A program made the position numbers and the translations under genes. A DNA stretch of 64,000 nucleotides from Giardia intestinalis. Taxonomy: Eukaryota. The notes under the pieces are model-generated. The model saw only the letters and a program-made list of their open reading frames with translations. It was not told the DNA's origin and searched no databases. The stretch lies in assembly GCA_000002435.2 (NCBI GenBank), contig CM018792.1, one strand, 5' to 3'. Shown piece by piece: positions 40,873 through 51,350 of this stretch (the first letter of the stretch is position 1; every line of letters starts with the position of its first letter).

Positions 40873-42171
40873 ATGACTCGCTTCTCTGGCTCTACTCTTA
40901 CTCCAGCCAGTATGGCTGAAACCCATCACTTTACCACCTCTGAGCTGCCAAAATCGAGCATGAGCATTTGGCAAACCATTCGAAAGGGGCCCGTCCGTAC
41001 CGCCTGGACCCTAACTAGCTATATCACCGCAGTACATGGCGATGCTATTTCGTGTATAGATCTTTTGCATGTGGGGGCAATGCGCTACGTTGCCATTGGA
41101 AGCTACGATGGTGTAGTCTCCATATGGAGTGTAGTCAGCCCAACGATGGTGCATAGGAGGCAGAAATTTACACTCCAGTCGGCTCCTATGCGCACAATTC
41201 AAGTGGCTAGGGGCGCCATTATTGTCTGCAACGGGGGGCATATGTATCATTTGGTGCTGGATGAGCAGCCCCGTCTATTGCATGAACTAAATCGTCCACT
41301 GATAGCTGCAGATCTTGCAGTACCGTCTCCCTACCTCGTAGCCATTTCGAAAAGTAACTGCATCATTCTAGTGGATATTTCTGCGGTCTTGAAGACGTGC
41401 CCTGGGGACGAGAGCGAACAGCCTGCAGAGCTGAGCAGAAGGCAACCCAAGGAGATACTGATTTCAGACATTGTAGAATCCAGCCAGCCCAGAATGTGTG
41501 CCACTGATCCGGATGGAGCCAGTGAGCAGATTCCACAGGTTACTGAACCGACAGACTTTCGACCTACCACTCCTGCCAATGCTATAAGCAACGCCCTAGA
41601 GGATTCAGAGATAGAAACCGAAGATGTGTGCACGCGGACGGCCTATATTGCTTGCGCATGCCTTCTGACACCCACTTATGTTGTGTTTGTTTGCTCCCAT
41701 GGATTCTTTTACCTCTACAACTTTCTTCGGGAGGAGCTTGTGTTTAAATTTCAACTACCTCGCAATGCAATCGCAACATACATGTCTGCTGCCTACACAG
41801 CTTCCACGACTGGGCCTTTTGTGGCAGAGAAGGTGTATATCTCTGCAGCAGATGGGTCTCTGACGGTCTGGAAGCTTGCCATCGAGAAAAAGGAGCTGCA
41901 GCCTATCGCCATGAGATCAAACTACGGTAGTGCGGTAAGCTGCATCACGCTGTCGAACCCGCAATTTGTGGTGCTGGGTCTCTCCAACGGGAAGATCAAA
42001 ATCTACGAAGTAGACAACATCAGCCACAGCATCGGTGTCTGCCGGGCCGTACCCGACGACCAGACCTACCAGACGGCTGGGATCGCCTGCGCTCTGTGGC
42101 TGGACCAAGACACCATAATCGCAGGCAGCTGGGACAGGGGGGTCTTCGTCTACACCCGCCCCTGCGAGTAG
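40873..42171 (+). CDS. WD40-repeat hypothetical protein (432 aa)
   Basis: ATG start. WD-like blocks IGSYDGVVSIWSV, GSLTVWKL, IAGSWDRGVFVY. Confidence 0.5.
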   Translation: MTRFSGSTLTPASMAETHHFTTSELPKSSMSIWQTIRKGPVRTAWTLTSYITAVHGDAISCIDLLHVGAMRYVAIGSYDGVVSIWSVVSPTMVHRRQKFTLQSAPMRTIQVARGAIIVCNGGHMYHLVLDEQPRLLHELNRPLIAADLAVPSPYLVAISKSNCIILVDISAVLKTCPGDESEQPAELSRRQPKEILISDIVESSQPRMCATDPDGASEQIPQVTEPTDFRPTTPANAISNALEDSEIETEDVCTRTAYIACACLLTPTYVVFVCSHGFFYLYNFLREELVFKFQLPRNAIATYMSAAYTASTTGPFVAEKVYISAADGSLTVWKLAIEKKELQPIAMRSNYGSAVSCITLSNPQFVVLGLSNGKIKIYEVDNISHSIGVCRAVPDDQTYQTAGIACALWLDQDTIIAGSWDRGVFVYTRPCE

Positions 42172-42370
42172 GGAGCGCCAGCGGGTCCGGCCGGCGAAGA
42201 TTGAGAAAAGGAGCGGGGTGCAAGCACGCGCCAACGGGCTCCCGCGAAACCAGAGGTCCCCCAGCGACTCTAGACTGAAGCTGGTGCTAACTGTCTCTGT
42301 TTTTGTTAACCACGCCGCGCTTTTATTTCCAACCGCCTATTTCAATTTAAAATGGTTTACTCTGGGGACG

Positions 42371-45256
42371 CTACCGGTCGTCGAAATTCCGAATGACCTG
42401 CTCATAGGAGGCGACGCCCTTGTTGAACTTGGTCATCAACGTTGCAATAAGCCCTCTGTTGTCCACAATTAGACTATAGACACTGTTTGCTATTGCAATC
42501 AGGCGAGTCATCTCAATGGCCTCTCGCTTTTTCAATAAGCTAGTCATTCTTTCGCTCCCCTTGACGCCCCGAGGACCGCTTTTCCCTTCCCTACTCTCTT
42601 CGTTGATTGTCACGATCTTTCTAATGAACTCGTCGTCTTCGTTGCTAATTATACAGAAGGTTTTGACTATGTGATGAGAATAGACAATGCAGTCATTGAA
42701 CAGTGTATCCAGAATATTAACTACGTTGTTGCTCACTAGGCCCAGTGACATAATGAGCCCATTTGCAAATGCTGACATTCCCGAGACAAGGTCATCCAGA
42801 GACTTTGCGTTAACAAGCGTATCTTGAAACTTTGCTATGCACTCAGTCAAGATTGTGACATACTGGAACTGCAAGCTGTGAATGAAGTCAAGCATGGTGA
42901 TGAGCATTTTGTATGCTACCCCAAAGAATATTATGATAGGGCTCTTGTCTGAACGCAAAGCATTCGCATACACCTCTATCTTGTCATGTGGTACTCGTTC
43001 CAACTTCCTCAGTCGCTGTAAGGTTGTCCATGCTTTTTGGAGCTCAATTTCAGATACCTTTGCTCTCAGAATATGCCTGAATACTAAGTTAAGCCGCTCC
43101 ATAACCGGTGTCGTGAGAACTAGATTGAGTGGATATGTCACATCGTATTGCAAACCTAATAGATTGAGGACTTTAGGATCAGGAGAATCTGTTGCTCTAT
43201 CGGGAACATATGTTTGTGGGTAGAGCACGCTATTAAGATGATGTTTGAAAAGCTCTGGGCACACAATAACGTTCATTCGCTCGTTGTAAGGGAGGTTTGC
43301 TAGCGATGAGGTCTTGATAACCATCTTGAACTTACTTCTTATTCGAAGGATATTCGCCACGCTTCGCGATAAAACAAGCTCGCTGATGGCAGACTCAACG
43401 AAGCACGACAAGAAGTCTCCGGCCATAACCAGATAGAAGGCATATATGTTTTGAAGATGACCCCTAAAGTCAAGATACTCAGGATTGATGAAGAAATCAA
43501 GCACCTTAGTTTGAACACGCGCGTTAATATCTATGAGCTGTTTATATAATCGAATATGGGCCAGCTCTAAGTCCCCAGTACTTCCGTCGCCACAGACCAA
43601 GGAGGCAACCGTCTCCTCCCCATGCCTAAAGCCTTGAGTAGTCTCTCCGGATGCTTCAGCAGAAAGCAGGAGAAGCTCCTGACCAGAAGCATTTGGGCCT
43701 TTGTCTATGTACTGCTTCTTTTTCCACTTCAGTAGAACGGTGCTCCTCCCAATATCACACAGATGAGTTTTGATGTTGTTGAGAAAAAGAGGGACCTGTG
43801 CATCGTCTACTTTAAACATTTGCATCCACGTGTTAATGGTTGTCTTCCCCTGCTCCTCTGCTAACTCCGTCGAGTGAGACTTCCTGATGAAAAAGTCTGC
43901 TGCATCCGAGTCTGGGATCACAGCTTCATTGATGTATCTGTCCATTATTCTACCCAAGGGTTTTAGCGATTCGGAGAGCAGATACTGGAAGACTTCTTTC
44001 ACAGATAGTCCACTAGACTGTAGCACAGCTGTTTCTAGCTGTTGCAGTAATGCACATCCCCTCACCACCCCGAGTCTACTACATAGGTCGGCAACATTCT
44101 CTAAAATAATGTGTATCTGTTTCGTTTTGACCTCTAAAGTCTGTAAACTTAGAGATCCTCTTTCAGCACTGCTCTGCATTTTCCCATAATGCTTTTTCGA
44201 CAAGTCTGCCAAATAAAAATCATACTCTTTTATTATGCAACGCAATGCTTGAGAGAATGCGTTAGCTATCCGTCCATACTCCGGAACTTGGTGTGTGTAA
44301 ATGGTGTTGACAATTTGAAAACGCGCGTGCGCATGGACGAGGACCCTCTGCGTCATTGCTACCAGTGTAGCCGGCAACTCGGTTGCGACTTCTTTTCTGA
44401 TCGTCACCACGTACTCCTTATTCTGCTCAGATACCTGTAAGTAAGTTGTCTGCATGCACCCTTGTAGAACAGCGATACAATCGGAGACAAGTAGGTGTTC
44501 TTGCAGCAGGCTATCATTCATTACCATGGGCTGTTGTATATGCGCTAGAGATATGAAGCTTCGTGAGACAAGATCAGATTGATTCTGCACCCCAAAAAAC
44601 CACATGGGAAACGTGATCCCTGCCTTTGAAAGCTCCATATTAGCATGCTGTGCGGACTGTATGGCAGTATTCAGTGCTATCTCGTTCAATGCTGATTCTC
44701 GTTCAGATTTTGTAGGTAGTGACGAAATTGCTTGCTGCTGCTGTAAAGTAAGGAGCGGCTTGGTTCCAGTATGCTTGCCTGCTACCTGGTCTTCAATGAG
44801 AGGTGCTGCTTGAGGATCAATCGCATTCATAAGCTTGTTCATGTTCTGTTGGGATAATGGCTGAGTGACGGCTCGCTTCTCCACTGAAGTTGGAATAACC
44901 GGCTGCTGAGATGCTTCCTGCTTCGGAAGAGCAGCAGTCGCTGGGTGAGATGCGATGGCAGTAACAAGAGACGCTACGTTTTGGGTTGTATTGTTTGATG
45001 ATAGCGCCGTTAGCCGTGTCATCACTGACTCTGACTTCAAAGGAGGTATGGATGGCTTAGAATCTGCAGGCTTGTCGGTAGTCTTCTCCGGGCTACTACG
45101 AGTGGGATGAGATACCACATTGCTTCCCAGCCTGCTGTACTTATTAACCAAATCCTGGACCTGCGAGGGAGGAGTCTTCCCTTCTGTTGCGAGCTTGGGA
45201 CTTCTGTGTAGGTTTAACAGTTCTTTTACTCGAGGGTCGGCAAACACGCTCGACAT
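42371..45256 (-). CDS. Gamma-tubulin complex component (GCP2/GCP3-like, Spc97/Spc98 family)
   Basis: GRIP1-like region ..MDRYINEAVIPDSDAADFFIRK.. (cf. W..G.L.DPYGEFFI). GRIP2-like region LDFFINPEYLDFRGHLQNIYAFYLVMAGDFLSCFVESAISEL. Start moved from the ORF-track ATG at 45328 to the ATG at 45256 (MSSVFADPRVKELL), which carries the strong AT-rich initiator aaaatatctaaatattcaaatc. Confidence 0.55.
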   Translation of the reverse strand: MSSVFADPRVKELLNLHRSPKLATEGKTPPSQVQDLVNKYSRLGSNVVSHPTRSSPEKTTDKPADSKPSIPPLKSESVMTRLTALSSNNTTQNVASLVTAIASHPATAALPKQEASQQPVIPTSVEKRAVTQPLSQQNMNKLMNAIDPQAAPLIEDQVAGKHTGTKPLLTLQQQQAISSLPTKSERESALNEIALNTAIQSAQHANMELSKAGITFPMWFFGVQNQSDLVSRSFISLAHIQQPMVMNDSLLQEHLLVSDCIAVLQGCMQTTYLQVSEQNKEYVVTIRKEVATELPATLVAMTQRVLVHAHARFQIVNTIYTHQVPEYGRIANAFSQALRCIIKEYDFYLADLSKKHYGKMQSSAERGSLSLQTLEVKTKQIHIILENVADLCSRLGVVRGCALLQQLETAVLQSSGLSVKEVFQYLLSESLKPLGRIMDRYINEAVIPDSDAADFFIRKSHSTELAEEQGKTTINTWMQMFKVDDAQVPLFLNNIKTHLCDIGRSTVLLKWKKKQYIDKGPNASGQELLLLSAEASGETTQGFRHGEETVASLVCGDGSTGDLELAHIRLYKQLIDINARVQTKVLDFFINPEYLDFRGHLQNIYAFYLVMAGDFLSCFVESAISELVLSRSVANILRIRSKFKMVIKTSSLANLPYNERMNVIVCPELFKHHLNSVLYPQTYVPDRATDSPDPKVLNLLGLQYDVTYPLNLVLTTPVMERLNLVFRHILRAKVSEIELQKAWTTLQRLRKLERVPHDKIEVYANALRSDKSPIIIFFGVAYKMLITMLDFIHSLQFQYVTILTECIAKFQDTLVNAKSLDDLVSGMSAFANGLIMSLGLVSNNVVNILDTLFNDCIVYSHHIVKTFCIISNEDDEFIRKIVTINEESREGKSGPRGVKGSERMTSLLKKREAIEMTRLIAIANSVYSLIVDNRGLIATLMTKFNKGVASYEQVIRNFDDR

Positions 45257-45267
45257 GATTTGAATAT

Positions 45268-46398
45268 TTAGATATTTTGGGCTAGTTCGGTGCACAAAGG
45301 CCCTGTCCACCCTGAAACACATACGCATGCGCTGGCTATGCAGACCCCATGATTCCCACAGACCTCGTTTAGTTCTGCATCAGTTATGCATGCTGTACTA
45401 TAACACATACTGGCGGTATTTATTGGTAAATCCTCGGTACAGGTGCATGCATAAAGCTCAGGCCCGTCTGAGTCGCCTGACACCATGAAACACGACCCAT
45501 AGTTACTACATTCCAGAGGTGTGCTGCTATTCACTGGATAGGAAATGCAAGACTTTGGAATACAGCGGTCTCTGGACGACATGTAGATACTAGCCTCGCT
45601 ACACGCATCACAGTATATGCCTTTATACGGCGCATGGCATGCACAGAAATGAGCAGAGCGACCCGCATCATACGTACAAACTCCATTGCCACTGCATTCT
45701 GTCAGAAGGCTACTCCGCACTTCAATCACGCATTCGGAAGCAACACATCTATTTTCGACTAACTGAAAACCTTTGTCACAGACACATGAATAGGTTGCTA
45801 CGTCATCCACTATCTGTTTGGTACATCGACCGTTAAGACACGGGATTCCGTTGCGAATGCATGTTAGAGGGTAGCACAGCTCTGATTCTAGCAGAGCTGC
45901 TTGGGGGCTACAATGGCAGTGAGGAACAGGTTGCAGTAGGCATCGACCAAGGGAAGAATCAACTGAGCTACAAAGCTGTTCGTTGGATACGCAATTCCTT
46001 GGGTGGCAGCCGTCCTGAGCAAAGAGGGTTCCCTCGTCGCACACAGGCTTTATGTGCTCACAGCTAACACCATAGTAGCGTGGGTCGCATTCGCACAGTC
46101 CCGCTCTGCAGAATCCGTGCCCACTGCATATGTTGGATGGATCCCCTCCAGTAAGGCAGTCCTGAGAGTAGCACACAAAGTCGATGGCAGTGCATCCAGA
46201 GATGCATGAGCAGTCGTATGCACCGTAAGCTGTGAGCACGCATAGCCCAGCATCTCCACACTCTCCCAGCGTCCCATCGGGGTACTCTGTAACGCAGGAC
46301 TCGGGGATACAAGTGGAGTCTACTTTTCTCGTACCAGGTGGACACACTATTGTCGGCAAAGCATTACACAGCAGACCACCCCAAATAAGGATCTGCAT
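45268..46398 (-). CDS. Secreted cysteine-rich EGF-like repeat protein (tenascin-like/high-cysteine protein family)
   Basis: Multiple EGF-like C-x-C modules (CSGHGFCRAGLCECDPRYYGVSCE etc.). No CRGKA tail and no C-terminal TM. The ORF-track start at 46476 is GTG; the first ATG at 46398 gives signal peptide MQILIWGGLLCNALP with an AT-rich upstream. Confidence 0.6.
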   Translation of the reverse strand: MQILIWGGLLCNALPTIVCPPGTRKVDSTCIPESCVTEYPDGTLGECGDAGLCVLTAYGAYDCSCISGCTAIDFVCYSQDCLTGGDPSNICSGHGFCRAGLCECDPRYYGVSCEHIKPVCDEGTLFAQDGCHPRNCVSNEQLCSSVDSSLGRCLLQPVPHCHCSPQAALLESELCYPLTCIRNGIPCLNGRCTKQIVDDVATYSCVCDKGFQLVENRCVASECVIEVRSSLLTECSGNGVCTYDAGRSAHFCACHAPYKGIYCDACSEASIYMSSRDRCIPKSCISYPVNSSTPLECSNYGSCFMVSGDSDGPELYACTCTEDLPINTASMCYSTACITDAELNEVCGNHGVCIASACVCVSGWTGPLCTELAQNI

Positions 46399-46427
46399 AG
46401 CCAAACTGAGCAAATTAAATAATTGAA

Positions 46428-47426
46428 ATGGAGCGGGCAGGGAGCCGAAGAGGGTCAGAAGATAAGCCCCGTGCACCTACGACAGCACGAGGAAAGCGTA
46501 TCATGAAAGAGAGGGAGCCCAAGATTGTTGAAAATAATAAGAATACAATCTTTCTTTCAGGCTCCACTGCCAACAAGGACTGCAACGATCTCTTGAGGGA
46601 TCTCCTCTCTATGCGCGCCCCAATGGGTGTGCGCAGAAGATTCAGAGATAGGGAGGCCAATCCCTTTGTAGACGCCAGTGAGCTCGAGTTTTTGTCGCAG
46701 CGGGTTGATTGCTCCCTGTTCTGCACGGGAACAAGCTCGAAGAAGCGGCCATCCAATATAGTTATTGGTCGGATGTTTGATGGACAGGTGCTGGACATGG
46801 TTGAGCTGGGTATTGACCTCTACCTAGGCTTGACTGACATACACTCACCAAAGCCCCAATTCGGGACGAAGCCGGCCCTGATCTTCGAGGGGGACCTGTG
46901 GAGCAATGACACGATATTCGAGGGGTGTAAGTCTATCCTCATGGACTTCTTCCGGGGCCCCACGATCACGGCCATGGCCCATGCATCTCTGCGCTACTGC
47001 CATGTCTTCTATGCGGTCGGGTCCGAAGACTTGCAGACGCGTCGCATCCTTATGCGCACCTATTACCTGTGCACGAGCCGCGAGCTAGAGGAGAAGGAGA
47101 ATGTCAAGAAGCTCCACCAGGAGAGCTGCGGGGGGATCACTATCATCCCCATGGGACCCAACGTCGACTTCACCCTCCGACGGACGCGGATCCTCGACCG
47201 CTCGGAGATGGCTGCGGCCATGCGCCGGCAGCGCGCCAAGAAGGACCCCTCGAAGGTCCCGGGCGTCAAGAACGCAGAGTACGACGAGCTCGGCCGCGAG
47301 TTCGGGACCGTCTACGTCGACCGCCAGGACCTCGACAAGCTCGGCCTGCGGCGCTTCAAGGGGCTCCGCCGCGACCGGTCCGAGAGCGGGGAGGAAGGCG
47401 ACGGAGAGGAGAGCGCCAGCGAGTAA
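46428..47426 (+). CDS. RPF2: Ribosome production factor 2 (RPF2), Brix-domain protein
   Basis: Brix-domain core CSLFCTGTSSKKRPSNIVIGRMFDGQVLDMVELGI matches the RPF2 consensus (SLF..G.HSKKRP.NL..GR.FD..LLDM.E.G). Basic, acidic C-terminal tail. Divergent from the EGF-like gene with a 29-bp spacer. Confidence 0.7.
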   Translation: MERAGSRRGSEDKPRAPTTARGKRIMKEREPKIVENNKNTIFLSGSTANKDCNDLLRDLLSMRAPMGVRRRFRDREANPFVDASELEFLSQRVDCSLFCTGTSSKKRPSNIVIGRMFDGQVLDMVELGIDLYLGLTDIHSPKPQFGTKPALIFEGDLWSNDTIFEGCKSILMDFFRGPTITAMAHASLRYCHVFYAVGSEDLQTRRILMRTYYLCTSRELEEKENVKKLHQESCGGITIIPMGPNVDFTLRRTRILDRSEMAAAMRRQRAKKDPSKVPGVKNAEYDELGREFGTVYVDRQDLDKLGLRRFKGLRRDRSESGEEGDGEESASE

Positions 47427-47482
47427 ACTGGAGCAGGGACGTATGGGTATATGTCTGTTTCTCGCCCTGGGAGGGGACCGCT

Positions 47483-47564
47483 GGCGCTATGGCCGAGTGG
47501 TTAAGGCGGTTGACTCGAAATCAACTGTGCTCCGCACGCGTGGGTTCGAATCCCACTGGCGCCG
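47483..47564 (+). tRNA. tRNA-Ser (anticodon CGA)
   Basis: GGCGCTA-TG-GCC-GAGTGGTTAA-GGC-G-GTTGA-CTCGAAA-TCAAC-[14-nt variable arm TGTGCTCCGCACGC]-GTGGG-TTCGAAT-CCCAC-TGGCGCC-G. Class II tRNA, 82 nt. Confidence 0.85.
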
Positions 47565-47619
47565 CTTGGCCCCGTAACAGCGCCCTCCACGCGCGTCCTG
47601 GCCGGAGCGGGCGGACGAC

Positions 47620-47693
47620 GCTCGTGTGGCGCAGCTGGTTAGCGCGTGTGACTTATGATCACGAGGTCGAGGGTTCGAGCCCCTCCTCGAGCA
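47620..47693 (+). tRNA. tRNA-Ile (anticodon UAU), intronless
   Basis: GCTCGTG-TG-GCGC-AGCTGGTTA-GCGC-G-TGTGA-CTTATGA-TCACG-AGGTC-GAGGG-TTCGAGC-CCCTC-CTCGAGC-A. D-arm and anticodon arm almost identical to vertebrate tRNA-Ile-UAU exons. One U6:U67 mismatch in the acceptor stem. Confidence 0.75.
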
Positions 47694-47695
47694 GT

Positions 47696-48121
47696 TTACT
47701 TCTGCGCCGCAACCACGTTGACGACCTCGACAAGGAGCCCCTCCTGCAGCTGGGCCCGGACGCAGCAGCGGCAGGGGCGCGTGGCTGGCACGCAGAAGAC
47801 CTCGCGGTAGAGCTCGTTGAAGCGGGCCTCCTCACTGTCGCTGAGAGACGTGGACAGGAAGATGTTGAGCGAAACGATATAGTCCAGACCAGAGTTGGCA
47901 TACTCTAGACACTTTCGGATGTTATCGAAGGTCTGACGCGTCTGCTCCTCGAGACCCTTGTGAAGAGTCCCAGACTTGTCGATGCCCACGGACCCGCCGA
48001 GGTAGACCATCCCGTTAACCACGGCTATCTGGCCGACGTTCTCGAACTTCACCACGTCTGGGCAGACAAGAAACGTAGGCGTGGGCATCCCTAAGTTTTT
48101 AGAAAGAATGCCATAAATCAT
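47696..48121 (-). CDS. RidA/YjgF/L-PSP family reactive-intermediate deaminase
   Basis: GQIAVVNGMVYLGGSVGIDKSGTL...EEQTRQTFDNIRKCLEYANSGLDYIVSLNIFL...VFCVPATRPCRCCVRAQLQEGLLVEVVNVVA matches the RidA fold, including the conserved Arg/Glu catalytic region. The ORF-track start is TTG; a first ATG at 48121 (MIYGILSKNLG) or at 48088 (MPTPTF) is possible. Confidence 0.75.
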   Translation of the reverse strand: MIYGILSKNLGMPTPTFLVCPDVVKFENVGQIAVVNGMVYLGGSVGIDKSGTLHKGLEEQTRQTFDNIRKCLEYANSGLDYIVSLNIFLSTSLSDSEEARFNELYREVFCVPATRPCRCCVRAQLQEGLLVEVVNVVAAQK

Positions 48122-48499
48122 AAACAATATATAGATTTATAATGATAGATTCGCTGTGGTACCGACCGCAAAAACCTTACTAGAAGATAGAGCAACGCTT
48201 ACCTCTGGAGTAGTGATGCTGCGGCGCTCTATTCACAATCAGAAGAATCGCGCTGACAACCTTATCGACACCGGTTATATACTGCAGCATTCCCCCATAT
48301 CCAGTTAAATTGAAAGTCTGGTCTTGGCGACATAACTATAGCTGAAGGCCTACTCTGAAGATATAGGCTAATAAGTGACGGGATTCAAACTCTATCTAGA
48401 CCTCACGGTGTGATAGAATGAGGGCCTAAGGGATATCTTATTAAATATAAGACAGAAATCCATCAGTAACTTTAGACTGAGCGGCTTAAATCTTAAAAC

Positions 48500-50857
48500 C
48501 TATATTTTGTTACAAAATTCTATCAGACTCAATCCCTCATTGACCAAAACGCTGATATCCAGTGGAAGTGGATTGAGAATGATATTTCTCAAGATCTGTA
48601 AGCCACCGCGAGGCAGGTAGATCGACACTGCATTGATCATATGACTGACATCGCCGTACACAAGCCCTTTATCAGTACCGATGTTCACCACTAAGGTCAT
48701 GGCGACGCGGATCAGCCTGTCCCTCAACGTGAGTATGGAGTCCTCCATTTTCTTAAGGTTGCGGTGGCTACCCGAGGAACTCGATTTTGAAGGGGTTGGA
48801 CTATGAGACCCACCTCCTATCCGTTCCTCAAAGATACAAATGCTCTTGTGTTCAGGATCAAGTTCATGATTAATGGCTGATACCATGTCAAAAACTGCAG
48901 TCTGTAGTGACGTAAGGGCATTTTGTAACTGCGGATTGAGCTCACAGCTTCTGCTGAATGTAGCAATATCTAAGCTTAATTGATTCAAGGCTGGTTTATA
49001 CGAGGTAATCGGAAGTGGCTTTTGCAAAGAGTGCCTTGAACTTGATACCGATGGAGACGCGATAACCTCGAGATCCTTGAGATTTGGCTGGGCCTCTAGA
49101 GTAAAAAGATCGGCAGCGTCGACGGAGTCTTCACTAGTAGGAAGACATGGAGACAATGGTATATCTGAAAGGTAGTAAGAAATAAAGATTTCAGAATTCT
49201 CGACAGCATCCTTTTTAGCCAGGAAAGGAGAGGCTACATAGATCTTGCTAATTTTCTCCATCATTAGATCCACCTCTTCAGGAATAATATTTGCCACAGA
49301 AGAGGGTCGAGATAAAATTGACCGAATATCGGTCGCATTGGATCGCGACGGCTTTCGTTCCTGTTTTCGGGAGTATGAAGATGCATGCAGATCTTCGTAC
49401 TCTAACTGAGTGAGCCGTTCCGCGATTGGTTGGTCCTTACCAGGAGATAGACTATGGTGCGTAGGAGGGGTGTTTACCTGCACGAGGCTGGAGCTAGAGT
49501 AGCTGCGCTCATGCTTTGATGGTCTTACCGCACCAAAATCGTCTTCGCTTTCCTTTAGTCTGTTATCTGTCTGGGTAAATCGTCTAATTAGTAAACTCCT
49601 GGGTCGCACTGGACGATGAGCCAAGTCCTTGATGAATGAGGTCGGCACTACATTCTCAGCGCCCAGTGGGGTGCGCTCGGATACCTGGGCACCTGTCTCC
49701 AGTGTAGACGCTACCTTCTCAGATTGTGCCATTGCACTCGAAGAAGGAAGATCCAAGTTATCTAGATAGCTTGTATCGCTCATTAGAACGGAATTCAAGT
49801 GGGTTATTTGATATTCTTTGGACTTTAAGCCGGTTGCTTGTGGAGTACACGACTGATCACTTTGAACACCCGATCCAGCAGAAGGGTAAGTCTCTTCTGA
49901 GGTGTTAAGGAGAGTCTGTGCAGATCCCTTGTGCAGAGTTTTAAGGACAACAGAGCCTTTAGAATGACTTCCAGGCTGGTGCAGGGTGGAATTGAATTTT
50001 GTTCTGCGGTTTTCTAAAGTACGAGGAGGTGGCACTGGCGGAGACTCTTTCGCTAGTATTGGACTATGAGTACTACTGCATTGACCATTTTCCTTATTCT
50101 CTACATTATGGTTCGCTTGATCTATTTGAGGAAGAAGCTTAGGTGGCTGTCGTTCTGACGAATTGAGTTGTGGGATTCGGTTCCGCCTATGCTCACGCAC
50201 TCTATGGTTCTCGTGCCTTATCTCATTCACTACCTTGAATGCATCAGCTAAAAGGCTAGTTGTTGACAATGCGTCTACGTTGACTCGTACTGACGGATAT
50301 GTGTTGACAAATGAGCTTAGAGAAATTGGAAAGGGCGATTGAGGACTACCTAGAAGAGTGAAGAACCCCTTGTTGGGGACGACAGTCATATATGTTGGAA
50401 GATGAAACGCTTTATCCTTGGTAACCTTATCTAAAAGAGCAGAAAGGTCAAACACATTATCGCTCATGAGACCAAAAGCAATACTGCCTACAGCTGCGGC
50501 GAGACCTCGAAAGTGGTGGGCTCTGTGAGCTGCTGCTCGTGTGACACCAGAGTCTGTCCCGACGAAACACAACTGTACGATGCCGCACTGATGACTCGGT
50601 CGGATATTAGTGTGGACCCAAGCTTGTGACCCAACTTTAAACTGAGTACTCTTTACGAGAAGGAATGCATGAATACATACATCTTCTGCCATTCGAACTG
50701 CAAGCCCTTCAAAGCCATCTCTATCCGACTCCATATATGTAAGCGTCAAATTATCTTGCTGTCGCAATGAAACCCAGATATTGGGCTGGTCAGCGATTAG
50801 AAGTGCTTGAAGTGCTGCTCTGAATTGGCTTGGGTTCGTGATGCGAATTTGATCCAT
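48500..50857 (-). CDS. Hypothetical protein (about 785 aa), ordered N-terminal domain plus Ser/Pro-rich low-complexity middle
   Basis: Continuous frame. The ORF-track start is GTG; the first ATG is at 50857 (MDQIRITNPSQ). No recognisable domain. Confidence 0.4.
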   Translation of the reverse strand: MDQIRITNPSQFRAALQALLIADQPNIWVSLRQQDNLTLTYMESDRDGFEGLAVRMAEDVCIHAFLLVKSTQFKVGSQAWVHTNIRPSHQCGIVQLCFVGTDSGVTRAAAHRAHHFRGLAAAVGSIAFGLMSDNVFDLSALLDKVTKDKAFHLPTYMTVVPNKGFFTLLGSPQSPFPISLSSFVNTYPSVRVNVDALSTTSLLADAFKVVNEIRHENHRVREHRRNRIPQLNSSERQPPKLLPQIDQANHNVENKENGQCSSTHSPILAKESPPVPPPRTLENRRTKFNSTLHQPGSHSKGSVVLKTLHKGSAQTLLNTSEETYPSAGSGVQSDQSCTPQATGLKSKEYQITHLNSVLMSDTSYLDNLDLPSSSAMAQSEKVASTLETGAQVSERTPLGAENVVPTSFIKDLAHRPVRPRSLLIRRFTQTDNRLKESEDDFGAVRPSKHERSYSSSSLVQVNTPPTHHSLSPGKDQPIAERLTQLEYEDLHASSYSRKQERKPSRSNATDIRSILSRPSSVANIIPEEVDLMMEKISKIYVASPFLAKKDAVENSEIFISYYLSDIPLSPCLPTSEDSVDAADLFTLEAQPNLKDLEVIASPSVSSSRHSLQKPLPITSYKPALNQLSLDIATFSRSCELNPQLQNALTSLQTAVFDMVSAINHELDPEHKSICIFEERIGGGSHSPTPSKSSSSGSHRNLKKMEDSILTLRDRLIRVAMTLVVNIGTDKGLVYGDVSHMINAVSIYLPRGGLQILRNIILNPLPLDISVLVNEGLSLIEFCNKI

Positions 50858-51350
50858 ACACGGCACACCCGTGTTAGAAGATAACTGGAGATCAGTTTTT
50901 AAATTAGAGATTTACTCCGTCTTAACTTGTGTCTGTTTCAACTGACAAGGAGGCAAATGCCACTGTAAATCATCAGACAGTCTTTGCAGATCGTGGGGTC
51001 ATTGGAGATGCCTTTCTTTATGGGTGACAACGATTTGTCCAACCATTTATAGGTCTTTTCCGCTTGATCCTTTGCTTTGCACTATAAAGCTATCAGCCTA
51101 GACAACCCCCTACCTTTGACACCGGTGCATTGCTCTACAGCAATGTAGGGATGTGGACTGCGCTTATCTGCGGTCTCTCCACCATGCAGTCCTTGTCTTC
51201 TTAGTCCGCAGCTCCATGGTTGCACGCCAGCACGAGTCGCGCCGCCCGGCTGGGAGGACCCTGGGTCAGCGCCCCGGCCCACCAGTGTGAGGCGTTAGGC
51301 ACCCACTGTTCGCCCACGCCAGAACACTGCTCACCTGTCCACCACACAGC

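Noticed and set aside
45257-45328. Upstream ATG (45328) extension of the GCP-like gene
   Set aside because: The ATG at 45256 carries a much stronger AT-rich initiator, and the extension (MRMCFRVDRAFVHRTSPKYLNIQI) overlaps the end of the neighbouring EGF-like gene. I kept the shorter model, but it is not excluded.
47069-47908. 279-aa and 158-aa plus-strand ORFs and an 80-aa minus ORF spanning 47069-47908
   Set aside because: They overlap the 3' end of RPF2 in another frame, run straight through both tRNA genes and run antisense through RidA. They are an artefact of the local GC-rich sequence and give Arg/Pro/Gly-rich nonsense translations.
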